Below the pieces are notes generated by a model. The model saw nothing but the letters and a program-made list of their open reading frames with translations, had not been told where the DNA came from and ran no database searches. A DNA stretch of 64,000 nucleotides from Antedon mediterranea (Eukaryota > Animalia > Echinodermata), in contig NC_092670.1 in assembly GCF_964355755.1 (NCBI RefSeq), positions 8,794,201-8,858,200 on the forward strand, given 5' to 3'. Every line of letters begins with the position of its first letter. Within the stretch, counting starts at the first letter, position 1. Made by a program: the position numbers and the translations under genes. Positions 42,901 through 53,113 of this stretch are shown here, one piece after another.

Positions 42901-45900
42901 TTCTTACTAATTACTATTCCTAAGCTGCTATAATAGGCAATATTTGATGAATGCAGGTGTGATTCAGGCCAATTTTAGTCCGTTTCGTATATTGACTCGC
43001 TTCAAATTAAAGCAGTCTCTCACTTGCTATATTTTTATCGATCATTGGAAAGTTTGGCATTCTGTCACCAGTTGGGGTTGAACACTCCTTAAGCACATAC
43101 AAGGGTTTTTTATTCACCCGCCCCAACTTTATTAAGTTTGAGTCCAACACCTGAGTATGCTGTTATAGTGCCTTGAGCATCAATCTGAAGAAACTCACAG
43201 ATTTGATTTATAATTTAGCCTAAAGGCTTAAAAATAACATTCACAAATCTTTATAGAAAGGCTGCTGCTGTTGCATAATGTTGAATACCAATTTGAAAAT
43301 AGAATTTTTTTTTTACGCTATAACTGTATTGATCACATTTCTGCTAAATTTGTAAAATACAGTTAACTTTGGGCTGGCCAAATATGTCTGGTTGTCCAGA
43401 AAGTCTGGTATTTGGAATGTGTTTTTAATGGTAAAAAGAAATTTGGGACCTTTTGGTCCTCGAGAAAAGTCTGGTATTGGGAGAGTTTCTGGTAGTGATA
43501 TCTTTTTGTTCAGGACATTCTGCTTTGCATGTGTATTGCTATTAAACACAAAAGCAAAAATAATAATATACTCCATCCAATCGAGCTAAAATTAAAAGAA
43601 ACCAACAACAATTTAGCTACAAGTGAACGTATTACAAGAGAACGTAGTAGTTCGCAAGGGAAAAAAAAACAAAACAAACAATTTCATTGTAAATAGGAGG
43701 GCTATTGTCAAATAATCCTGACAAGAGAAGATGTTCTTCAAATACACCCAAGGGTTTCGTTTTCAAGGAGAAATTCTTGGAAGTGAGTACTTCTTTAAAG
43801 ATTTAATAACTGTCATTGGCTTTCTTTTCAAGGTTTTGCGTATTTGAACATTGGATATTTATCACATATGCAGTATACTACTCTATGTTGTGTGTGTAGT
43901 GAAGTAATATAACTGCATTTGCAATTGTCTTCCTTTCACAATTGAATTACAAATTGTCCATGTATGTTGTACACAAAGAATGGCTGTACACAAAGAATGG
44001 CTGTACACAAAGAATATATGGCAGTTTATAAACAAATAAACTGCAAATATTAAGGCATGGAACTATGTACAATAGATTGATGATAGAATTAAAAATGTTT
44101 TTAATAATGCATTTGTTTGTTATAATGCCTGGAATCGTAATAATTTGAAACACACCTAATTAAATATTGATATACCGTACTTGCTTTAATACCAGAAGGA
44201 TATATATTGTCTGTTTAGTATGATCTAATCATTTCTATAAAATCGATTCATAGTTAATAATATAGTAGTTACGCAATAGCAACTTTGAAGACAATCCCTG
44301 AATGGCTTTACAAACTGTGTTGTGATAAAACTATCCTTAATGAAACCTCACACAGGTAAAATGAGTTGCGCGCTTTTTCTTTTGCAACATTGCAATTTTT
44401 AAGGTTGATGGCAGGTTTAGATTGTGCTCCACAAACTAATACAACTATTGGCTGTGGCATAGAAAATGAAATAGGTAATGATATTGATAATTCATGCAGG
44501 CATATCTTTGCCTCCATTCATTTCCATTCTTTCAACCTTCGGATAAGACGTTGAGCAGTTGGAAGAATGCTAAAAGGCGTACTGTACTTTCTACGCTAAA
44601 AAACAGTTAACTCGTCATTGGCGTAGGCTATATATAAGTACTTTCAACATGCGAATTAACTCATCTAATCTTTTCCCGTCAAAAATATTAAACACGCTAT
44701 TTTGATGGTGTGACATGTAAACTTGTTTTGACATGCGTGACAGAGCCTACTGTAAGAAAGCTTTAGCAGCCAACGTGTTAAAACTAAAACCTGAAATCTT
44801 TTCTTATTAGTATTACAATTAAACTTTGATAGTTCCATGCAGTCACTGTGTGAAAAACAAATTAAACACTGCCCTCATTTAGGTTAATGAACTTGACAGT
44901 GTCATTGATAAAACAATGAGTAAATAAGAATAATTGATAAGGATAATGAGTCTTCAGATATCTGCACAAGGTAATTCTATCTGGTCACGTTTCATAACTC
45001 AATCACTCTTAAAGTGAATACCCAATAGTCTTTCCACTTGTCCTATTCTGAATTTCTACTACTACAGTGCTACTACACTACTGTAATGCGTTTCTTATTG
45101 GTCTTTCAAAAAGTAAAAACCCTCCAATGCCTACTGACTGGAAGCTCGTAGCCAGGATATTTACAGGGGTTTTTTTTTTCCTCAAAAAGTTGTGAACACA
45201 AGCGTACTGTAAGCAACTGCACCAAAAATAAATTATTAAGGTCTAATCTAGTTGACGAAGTTGAAGATGGTAATTTATCTACTGGCTAGCTATAGGATTG
45301 GACAAAAATTTGACACGAGTTAGGCATATTTACTAACTAGTATTTCGCTGATCAATGTTCTCGGTTAAAAAAAAACAACATTTCATGAAAAAGGTTTTAT
45401 GTCTCCTTCTCGCTCCCTAAACTGTGGTTGTTGATTTGATTGTCAAATCAAAATACTGTAAAGTTGACTTTCGTTTTAGTTTACTACACTATTTTTGTAT
45501 CCAAGCTATTGTATGGTATGAATTGAAAGGTCAGTGTCGTAACAGGTGGTTTCCACTAATATTTTTCTAGTTCAGACCTATAAATTTATACTTTCAAATA
45601 TGAGTTTACATTATGAAAACCATAATCACTGTCTGAAAAGTCCCTAAACTATAACAACCACAGGCACATATCAGGTAGTTTCGGTATTGAAACAAATGAA
45701 TCAATGATACACAGAATTGTATGTTGTCCAAGCTTGGAGGCTCCATGGTCCAAGCACATCAATTGAAAATTCAATTCAAAGCTGATTTTGTTAATGCCAA
45801 ATTGACAGTAACAATAGTACTACAGCAATAACTAATAATTAATATAGTACAGTACAGCAATAACTAATATAGTACAGCAAAAATATAAAATAAAAAATAG

Positions 45901-48900
45901 GGAAAGTTCACTCATGCATGCAATTACTTAAACAATTGAATGCTCAATTAAACAAATAGTAATTGGTACTACCATAGAGATATTATATAATATCTCTATG
46001 GTACTACCCATTGGAGTTACAGTAGGTTGTCTATTATTTACTGTCCTCTGATCCCTGCAGACTTATATTTGGGTAGTCCCAGCCCCAAATATGAAGAAAA
46101 ATGAAATAGCATTGCGATCTAACAAATATTATAATAATTGTATTCGCCTTTTTATTAATGATTGTTATACTAATATTATGTAATACAACATTTAGTATAT
46201 TATAATATAATAAAAAATGTAATAATTTATTGAAAATCAAATGTACAGATTCAAAAATATTTGTCAACTGTACTTTTGTCAATAAATGCTCATTCTGTAC
46301 TATAAACTGTATTAATCCAGCTAAACAGTAATTGTGTGGGTTAAGAAACTAGCCAATCAGCACTCCTGTTTTGGTGTCACAGGTAAACCTATGGAATATG
46401 TAAATTAGAATTCAGGCAAAAATGATCTACATAATAGTAAAAACATCATCATGTATAGAATCATACAATTTTATAATCAGGTAGAGAAAAATAATATTTA
46501 AAAATTATATGAATGAGAATTGACATCCATACTGAATGAATGGGAGCTATAATTAGAAATGTCCATATTAACTACCGGAAACCAATATTATAATTATTTT
46601 CTACTCTACTGTTAATTATGCATTCATACCTGTGATATTAATAATGCTCCAATTTAACTACAGTATTAGGGTCAAACATATGGCATATTATTGTTTTAAT
46701 CTTCAATGGGCATTCATATTTATAGAATTTTATTTTTACCAATGTAGATTTATTTTAATTTTTAAATAGGTAATAACTCTTCGAAATTATAAAGCAATTG
46801 TACTCAATATTGAAACTGCTGAACTGGTGCATGATGCATACAATATAAACTATTGATTGGGCTAAGGGGCATGTTTCAAAATATATAACCCAGGGTGATC
46901 TGTATCCCAAGACAAAGTTGATCAGGGATACTGTATATACAGTAGTCACCAGGCACCCAGTCTGGTGTTCAAATGAATTACATAAAACAATGAAACATTT
47001 ATGATAATTTTAGGTAACTTTGACGGTGACAAGTTTGGTGAAAAGAAGTACTGTATGTATACAAAAAGTCAAACAAAAAATAATGTACAGTACGGTACTG
47101 GTAGGCTTACTGTTCAAGTAGTTTCCACGGATATTACCAAATTTAATAACAATTAACTTGCCGCTGGGGTTGCTGGTCCTCAGTATGTTGTTAATAAAGG
47201 TTTATCGCAAATTGTGTGAGCGATGCATAATGGGAAGGGTTTGGGAGAAATAGCACCACCACCAGTATATAAAGTTTGTATTATACGGTGGCGCTATTAC
47301 TCCCAAACCCTTCCCATCATGCATTGTGCAATGACGTTTCTCATGAAATCAAGGTATTTGCGATAAACTTTATGGTAATGGTGACTAGTTGACATAAAAA
47401 CAATTCTTGTGACATGGTTTAAAGACAATAGTCTCCAAGTTTAGTAATAATAGTTTCATCCAAGTATGGTAATAGTCTCCAGATAATCTCCTACAACCAC
47501 TACAGTGTAGACTTGGGTCATTTCCTTAAATTTAGATTATTCTTAAACACAGTTTAGCAATTTACAAATTAAGTTTAGGAACCAATAACAGTTTTTAAAC
47601 CAAAAAAAGAAATAAGAGCTTAAAAGAGGTTTTAATTACTGTAAAGTCCTTGTTCTTGGAGTATGTACTGTAGACACAGGAAAGAATTATAGGAAGTGGT
47701 CAGAATACTGTAGCTATACAACAACCGTCTAAATGTTCTTAAACTATATTTATAACCTCTCTATAATATCTATTTTAGGGAGACTGTTTGTATATTTATT
47801 CTAGCAACTTACGGCCATAAGGTGGGTGAACAATAGATCACAAAACAACAGGAATCCAGTATGAATGCAGCGAGGTGGACGCAGTGATGTAAAACAATCA
47901 CTGCATGGTCATTAGCTGGTGTGCAGTACAGTTTTACAGTATACTTGTTGGCACTTACTGTATTACATTTGTGTACTTTTTCAGACTTGCCTACTGTATA
48001 AAGTTTTACTGTACTACAGTTCAACTCATGAGAATAAAGTTTATGATCCCCGTAACTTACTGTAATTGAAAGATTACAGAGCCACAAAGTAAGTTTGTGT
48101 TCTATGCCGATTTAAACTGTTTGCTTTGTACAGTTTCACCTAGCCGAAAATGTGACGTGAGAGGCTTTCACATTTGAAATTACCTCATTGTCCACAGCCC
48201 AGAAGAACTGGGAATGTAGTAAAATTCACCAAGCCAGGGAAATCCATCTCAAAGCTCTGCTTACACTTATCAAACTAGTTTGACAAAAAAGTGTGATACT
48301 GTATGCCCAAATATGGTAGTGATATGCCCAAATATGGTAGTGATGACATCACATGTCCATATATGGGCACATCCACATCACATGTTTTTTGTCACATAAA
48401 GTTTGATAGTGTAGACTGAGATTACGGCCTTGGTGAGAGTTGTGCCAAAATAAATGTGGGCTCATTTTCAAAAAGTCATCATTATCGAGTAATAGAAAAC
48501 AAAGAATGTTCTCTAGGACACTATACCGTACCTTCACACGTTAATCCCTGTTTCGTAATGCCCCATAGCATTTCCGTACAATGGTGGCAGAAGGTTGGTC
48601 GATGAAATGACTTCTTGACAAATGTGTGGTGATGATAAGTGTCCGCAGATTCTGTATCAGCCGTTATGTCTACTCTTCTGCCAAACGATAGACTCTCCAT
48701 AGTCTCTTTACAGTCACTACCAGGTAGGATAACTTTATTAAAGATAAGTTGAATAAAAAGTGTTAGCAGTATAGAGTACTACAATTACAACAAATACAAA
48801 TTATAATAACATTTAAATAATTGTAGCCTCCACAGTACTGTAGTACGAATATTCAAAATTGAAAGATACCGAATTACACAGTGCCACATTAATGATAAAT

Positions 48901-51900
48901 AAAAGTATTTAATCAGTACATTATGAAGTACAGTATTAAATAGATTCTACAGTATAATAGTTTTTTGATTGATAAAGTTTGAATAGAGCTACTGTACAGT
49001 ACAGTAATTGCAGCAAGGAAATCTAACAACAGGACACTGAGCTTGCCTTGCCAAGATAGGAACTTGTATACATACTGTAGTGCTTTAACAATCCTTTGAT
49101 CTTACTGTATGCCTAGCTGCAACAAATGCCACCAGTACTGTGATATGTACATATTCTCCGTGGCTTGCTGCCTGTTAAGGGGCGAGGAACTGATTGTGTC
49201 GCGGCCACAGAGAAACACTTTGATCTCTGAAGCTCAGCCATCCCTTTAACTGCTATTTGATGGTCTTTGTCTATCAGTAACTCTTTCGACTCTTTTTCAC
49301 ATCCACTCATACCGAAACTGTTTCATCCCTAACTTTCTCTAGACATCTTTGACTGAACACCCTTTACAGTATTTTTGGGTTGAGTACAGACTTATACAAA
49401 TGCTCCAATCTCTCTTACTTACTGTATAAAATTAGTCTGTGAAACATTCCACATGTTAGTGAATAAAATGCAAATATAACATAACACACAACAAAACCAT
49501 TTATTATTACTGATGATTTGATTGATGAAAAACAAAACACTTGTACATGCTGCCAGAGCAGAGGCACCGGTCTGACGCCAATAACATGGTTTACATCATG
49601 CCCATGGTTTATTTACATTTTAATTACAGATTTTTAATGAATAAAATATAAAAACACTACAAGACAACAACCTACACATAATAATAATATGTATTTATTG
49701 AACAATTTGGCCATTTTCATTTTGCTAAAGAATTTAGAATTTGGTGGAAAAAAAATCAGCGACCTTTCACCAGATTTAAAGTTAGCAATAGCATACAGTA
49801 GAAAAGGGTTTAGTTTTGGTTTATCCAAGTAAGTTTCAGCACAAACTAGACCCTTTTACACCTCAATGGTGAACATGGCATAGTTGTTAGTTTTCTAAAC
49901 ACTCTCCATCTTGTCAAAACAATCTTATTGTGATGTTCTGTACAGTATTGAACATTGACAATAAACTTGAATTTACAGTAATACACACCATTACAATGAC
50001 ATTCTATTATCAATATGAACACAATCCTGTCTCATCTCCCATTGGGGCTAAAGATGTTCTTTAAATGACCCAGTTGTTGGATTACTTAGAAATCTGACAA
50101 TACTATTGTGTTTGCCAAGTGCGTTATTTAAAATGCAGTCAACACTAATCAATCAAATAACATTTATTTTGTGCTGCAACTAAAATTTCCACAGCAATAA
50201 TCAGTTACAAAAGTTAAATAGATTGAGTGCTTCTTCTAACTATTGTTTTGAAAGTGTCATTTAAACAAGGTACTGTATTTAGAATTCATCTTGTTTCTGC
50301 TGGCAAGGAATTGGGGGTGTAATTTAAATACATTTTTTTTTTTCACCGCAAAAATGGGCACTACTGTGTATGAACAAAAAAGTTATTCAGATACGAATTA
50401 TACAGATTAAAAAAAACAATTCAAAATGCATTCCTCTATCCTTATATTTCCTTCTTAGGAAAGAACATCAAGGTGTATTATTAACTAGGTCACATTATAA
50501 GTACCAAACTTCACTAACCACCAAACAAATATTAAAGGCAGAGTGGGATACAAGTATCTGTACATATAGCAACAGGTCAATAATATGTCGGATGATCTAT
50601 CACCAAGGAAACCATCTTAGTTATTATCAAACTAATATCATTGACCAAAACAATACGTACAGTATAGTATTTTCACGGAAAACCAACTAACCAAATAAAG
50701 GACACAATTGCTCAGGTTCCGGCTTCGGCATGGTAATTAAAATTGCATCTTTCTTTTTCACACTATTGTATGCATCACATGGCTTCCGACTATCTTTGTA
50801 CTCGATATGTGGCACGTCGTGAAAATGAAAAGTCGCTAATGATATACAGTACGCGCAATCTGATGCGAACCTGACCTAGAGTCGGACCACTAGGCCAAAG
50901 ACCCTTTCCTCTGAAGGATGAGCCGGACCACTAGGCCAAAGACCCTTTACTCTGAAGTATGAGCTGGACCACTAGGCCAAAGACCCTTTACTCTGAAGTA
51001 TGAGCCGGACCACTAGGCCAAAGACCCTTTACTCTGAAGGATGAAGTAAGAAAAATCAAGGAATTTGTAGAAAAGGTTTGTAAAATGGATTAATGCATGC
51101 ACACTGGCAGAAATGTTTCATATCACATGAATAAATCCTCTAATTCAGATAGCAAACTGGCTTTATTAAGCCTCTAAAAAGAGAAAAGAATCCAGATTTA
51201 GAGCACAACAGCATTTTATTGTTTAAAATATCTTTTGATATTGATACAGTAATACACGTTTTTCACACACATTTTTTTCACATTATTCAAGCCAGTGGGC
51301 ATTCTGGTTGGTCCGTTTAAAACAAGAGGAAGCGGAAATGATAGTACTGTAAAATAAAAAGGCCTGCAGTAACTAGCTGCTCGTGATGACCTTTCCCCCT
51401 TTTGTGGAAAAATGATCCCCTTTATTAAATCCATGCCTTGAATTGTGCACTTTTTGCAAAAAAAACGGTATCACATTGCTTTTCTTTGATAAATTATAAT
51501 TAAACAGATTTTTATGATCAAACATAGTTTCTTCCAATCGAATAAACTGAAACGCAAGAATTGTACATTCTATGTACAGTATACCATGAACTACAAACAA
51601 TACTCAGCATTTATCCACTTTGGCCAAACCAAAAAAAATCACAAATCTCCTAACACTGAAATCAATTGTAGTGTGGGTGAATCACCTAAATCTCAGCATC
51701 CTGTTTAAATTTCAAAATATGACAATAAATTTTACATCATAAATATTTTTCAAAAATGTCATTTTAGTATCTGAGACCAAGTTAAGGGCTACAGGTACTG
51801 TACTGTATGTTCACAATTTTTAAATGCAATTACTGTATCAAAACAATATCAGGTCATATACACTGTACGTACAGTACATGTACTCAGAATTCTCCCACGA

Positions 51901-53113
51901 AAACATTGAGTCGACGAAAGAATTCTTTGACATCAAAGGAATTCATACAGTACAATGAGTTGATTTGGAAAGTTCCAATCACTGAAAATAAGTTACATTT
52001 CCGTTGATAGTGAAAGTATTGCGATTGGCTCCGAGCAGGATCCGGTCATCTGGTACAGCCACTTCAAAACAGACTCAGATCGTTTAGGGGGAGCTTTTGT
52101 TGACATAGAAATTAAACACAACTTAATAATTGAAAGGAACTAGTTTCCAAAAGAATTTTTATCTCAAATTTTCGAGCAATTAAATGGAACTGGTAAGCGA
52201 GTGCTAATGTCGACACTGGAACTGATTGTTTACCAAGTCTACGTTCTCGTACTGGGCACACAACATAATGTATAGTTATATAGGAACCAATATGCGCATC
52301 AAACTGATCTGTACTGGTCGCCTTCATTCATACAGCATGCGTACATGATTCAACTATTACAGTTCCGGAAATAGTAGAAGATGCTCAACTCAAGCCGGGC
52401 TTTAGGTTATCCTGTTAGCTCCCGACCTCTACCCTATGTACTCTTGATCTGGATTACAGATCGCGATGTGTAAACCAGACCTAAAGATACTGTATTTAAA
52501 GCAAACAATAAAGAGGCAGCAGCATTTTTTATATATACACTGTATATATATTAAAAAGGTATAAAATACTAGTTCCTTATTACTGCCATGTCATATATAC
52601 TACTGTATTACAATTACATACATCTGTAGTATTGACTTTCTTTCAAGTGTCATAACATTTAATTTTGATAAATTTATTTTCTTTTTTGTGGCTTCGAAAT
52701 TTGATAACAAAAGTAAATGAAAAATGAATACAAAAACGATGTGCAATAGAACACTGAAAATGTAGCCCTACTGTAGGCGAATAGATGACCATACATGTAT
52801 AGCTGTACAGTAATACTAGGCCTAGTGCTTAGCCCATTAAAAAAACATTGTCACACTGACCACATCACAAAAATGTAAACAAATCATTAATATATAGCCT
52901 AGCCTATATGTATTGTAATAACAAAACGAACTTAAGCACCCAACCAACGATAAACAACACAAAAGCACCAAATCGTAGCATGCTAGAAAATTGTGAAACG
53001 TGAAAATAGCTTGATATGTACACTAATTCATTATAACACCATTTTTAACACAAATCCACCCTACCTGGTTGCTTTTCTGGTCGCACTCGGCGAGGGTTTC
53101 CCGACACATTCAT
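9840..53113 (-). CDS. DGKQ: Diacylglycerol kinase theta, spliced gene span (23 core exons, 2793 nt, about 930 aa, plus optional cassette exons)
   Basis: Hand-assembled exons with GT-AG boundaries and matching phases give C1a-C1b-C1c-RA-RA-RRM-like-DAGKc (GGDGTVGWV; [13 protein letters not shown])-DAGKa ([11 protein letters not shown]; PVQVDGEPW). This is the type V DGK architecture. Confidence 0.95.
10526..10624 (-). CDS. DGKQ: DGKQ exon ([33 protein letters not shown])
   Basis: QVDGEPW motif; phase 0-0. Confidence 0.97.
10665..11594 (-). mobile_element. Non-autonomous Helitron (930 bp)
   Basis: Minus strand A|TCTATATATT...CCGTGCGGAGCACGG hairpin...CTAG|T: canonical 5'TC, 3' hairpin plus CTAG, and an A/T insertion site. 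Confidence 0.8.
13380..13548 (-). CDS. DGKQ: DGKQ exon ([10 protein letters not shown]...[34 protein letters not shown])
   Basis: DAGKa DDGxLE motif; phase 2-0. Confidence 0.97.
13908..14067. mobile_element. MITE family B copy
   Basis: CTACACTATCxAACT...AGTTTGATAGTGTA TIRs and an internal CCAAATATGGTAG duplication; other copies at 15919-15980, 48251-48424 and 59701-59854. Confidence 0.8.
14102..14257 (-). CDS. DGKQ: DGKQ exon ([16 protein letters not shown]...[13 protein letters not shown])
   Basis: DAGKa; phase 2-2. Confidence 0.96.
14791..14985 (-). CDS. DGKQ: DGKQ exon (RWTVVF...[30 protein letters not shown])
   Basis: DAGK accessory domain start; phase 2-2. Confidence 0.97.
15249..15357 (-). 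CDS. DGKQ: DGKQ exon ([36 protein letters not shown])
   Basis: GNDLxRVLxWGGGY motif; phase 1-2. Confidence 0.97.
15598..15746 (-). CDS. DGKQ: DGKQ exon ([36 protein letters not shown])
   Basis: GGDG ATP-binding motif; phase 2-1. Confidence 0.97.
16036..16187 (-). CDS. DGKQ: DGKQ exon, catalytic domain start ([15 protein letters not shown]...[16 protein letters not shown])
   Basis: DAGKc PLLVFVNxxSGG motif; phase 0-2. Confidence 0.97.
16687..16802 (-). CDS. DGKQ: DGKQ exon, RRM-like ([39 protein letters not shown])
   Basis: RNP1-like strand and helix; phase 1-0. Confidence 0.93.
17067..17108 (-). CDS. DGKQ: DGKQ 42-nt exon ([14 protein letters not shown])
   Basis: Strong splice sites; phase 1-1. 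Confidence 0.88.
17534..17684 (-). CDS. DGKQ: DGKQ exon ([50 protein letters not shown])
   Basis: TRYYL motif, then RNP2-like MYVGSL; phase 0-1. Confidence 0.94.
18372..18672 (+). mobile_element. tRNA-derived SINE with a Deu/Nin-like core and A-rich tail
   Basis: A box TGGCCGAGTG, core AAACCGTAGGTCCTGTGT...GCACTTTAAAGAACC, A-rich 3' end; related fragment at about 23060-23110. Confidence 0.7.
20419..20532 (-). CDS. DGKQ: DGKQ exon ([38 protein letters not shown])
   Basis: RA C-half; phase 0-0. Confidence 0.94.
21291..21381 (-). CDS. DGKQ: DGKQ exon, RA domain ([30 protein letters not shown])
   Basis: RA-type ALxKF motif; phase 2-0. Confidence 0.92.
21882..22032 (-). CDS. DGKQ: DGKQ exon ([12 protein letters not shown]...[24 protein letters not shown])
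   Basis: Phase 1-2; |GTAAGT donor. Confidence 0.92.
22509..22581 (-). CDS. DGKQ: DGKQ exon ([24 protein letters not shown])
   Basis: EAALRAY motif; phase 0-1. Confidence 0.92.
23316..23419 (-). CDS. DGKQ: DGKQ exon, RA-like 1 ([34 protein letters not shown])
   Basis: KIYDG motif; phase 1-0; |GTAAGT donor. Confidence 0.92.
24674..24837. mobile_element. MITE with about 40-bp imperfect TIRs
   Basis: AGTATCAAAGGCAAGTTC.../...GAACTTGCCTATGATACT; related ends at 20816-20966. Confidence 0.7.
25975..26580. repeat. 15-bp minisatellite (GCAATAGAACATTAT)n
   Basis: About 40 units with 13-bp variants and a repeated higher-order block. Confidence 0.95.
28278..28328 (-). CDS. DGKQ: DGKQ 51-nt candidate microexon ([17 protein letters not shown])
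   Basis: Strong pyrimidine tract and |GTAAGC donor; phase 1-1 only from the second AG (CTCAG). Confidence 0.45.
28957..28986 (-). CDS. DGKQ: DGKQ 30-nt microexon ([10 protein letters not shown])
   Basis: TTTGTATAG acceptor, consensus G|GTAAGT donor, phase 1-1. Confidence 0.65.
   Translation of the reverse strand: MKMGVCNLS
29539..29730 (-). CDS. DGKQ: DGKQ linker/cassette exon ([64 protein letters not shown])
   Basis: 192 nt, phase 1-1, TAG| and |GTAGA; overlaps track ORF 29522..29746. Confidence 0.7.
29950..30170. repeat. (CCA)n microsatellite
   Basis: Imperfect CACCAC run. Confidence 0.9.
31438..31624. mobile_element. Foldback MITE
   Basis: GTCTTTCACATTTGTTCTGCCACGGTTC / GAACCGTGTTGGAATATTTGTGAAAGAC imperfect inverted ends. 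Confidence 0.7.
31699..31815 (-). CDS. DGKQ: DGKQ cassette exon, basic ([39 protein letters not shown])
   Basis: TTTCTTTCACCAG acceptor, GTATG donor, 117 nt, phase 1-1, open frame, GC-richer than flanks. Confidence 0.65.
33283..34149. repeat. 45-bp tandem array, about 19 copies
   Basis: GACCTAAGAACACTCCTGACAACTGCTGCTTGTTGACCTAAAATT units, head to tail. Confidence 0.95.
35206..35338 (-). CDS. DGKQ: DGKQ exon ([32 protein letters not shown]...ASK)
   Basis: C1c end and the DGK C1 extension (CxxGxL...P); phase 0-1. Confidence 0.93.
35583..35653 (-). mobile_element. tRNA-like SINE head
   Basis: A box TGGCTTGGTGG and B box GGGTTCAAGTCC at tRNA spacing; no intact cloverleaf. Confidence 0.6.
35816..35947 (-). 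CDS. DGKQ: DGKQ exon, C1c ([44 protein letters not shown])
   Basis: HHWREGNLP motif typical of the last DGK C1 domain; phase 0-0. Confidence 0.96.
36389..36477 (-). CDS. DGKQ: DGKQ exon ([30 protein letters not shown])
   Basis: Completes C1b; phase 1-0. Confidence 0.93.
36905..38225. repeat. Degenerate GTGAACATACAGTATCAG minisatellite interrupted by the LINE fragment
   Basis: The motif recurs on both sides of 37403-37878. Confidence 0.85.
37403..37878 (-). mobile_element. 5'-truncated LINE 3' end (Rex1/Babar-like ORF2 C-terminus)
   Basis: [10 protein letters not shown]...SGIRL...[18 protein letters not shown], followed by AATAAA and a (TATGAC)n tail. Confidence 0.8.
40683..40785 (-). CDS. 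DGKQ: DGKQ exon, C1b ([34 protein letters not shown])
   Basis: C1 motif; phase 0-1. Confidence 0.95.
41117..41276 (+). repeat. Dispersed repeat, paralogous to 49021-49243
   Basis: Colinear shared blocks GCCTTGCCAAGATAGGAACTTG, TATGTACATATTCTC and CTGTTAAGGGG. Confidence 0.7.
41646..41725 (-). CDS. DGKQ: DGKQ exon ([27 protein letters not shown])
   Basis: Completes C1a; TAG| and |GTAAG; phase 1-0. Confidence 0.95.
47194..47372. mobile_element. Foldback MITE
   Basis: TTTATCGCAAAT/ATTTGCGATAAA ends and internal ATGGGAAGGGTTTGGGAG/CTCCCAAACCCTTCCCAT. Confidence 0.75.
48251..48424. mobile_element. MITE family B copy
   Basis: Same TIRs and core as 13908-14067. Confidence 0.8.
48532..48732 (-). 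CDS. DGKQ: DGKQ exon, C1a N-half (...MESLSF...[32 protein letters not shown])
   Basis: C1 motif; donor AAG|GTAC. The 5' boundary is inferred, and an alternative ATG lies at 48700. Confidence 0.9.
50884..51043. repeat. 41-bp tandem repeat, about 4 copies
   Basis: GGACCACTAGGCCAAAGACCCTTTACTCTGAAGGATGAGCC. Confidence 0.9.
53065..53113 (-). CDS. DGKQ: DGKQ putative first coding exon ([16 protein letters not shown])
   Basis: ATG with an in-frame upstream TAA; donor CAG|GTAG in phase 1 joins in frame to the acceptor at 48732. No domain homology supports it. Confidence 0.6.

Noticed and set aside
50884-51043. Tandem hammerhead ribozymes (CTGAAGGATGAG...AAA)
   Set aside because: The core is not CUGANGA...GAAA, and no stems I/III are evident.
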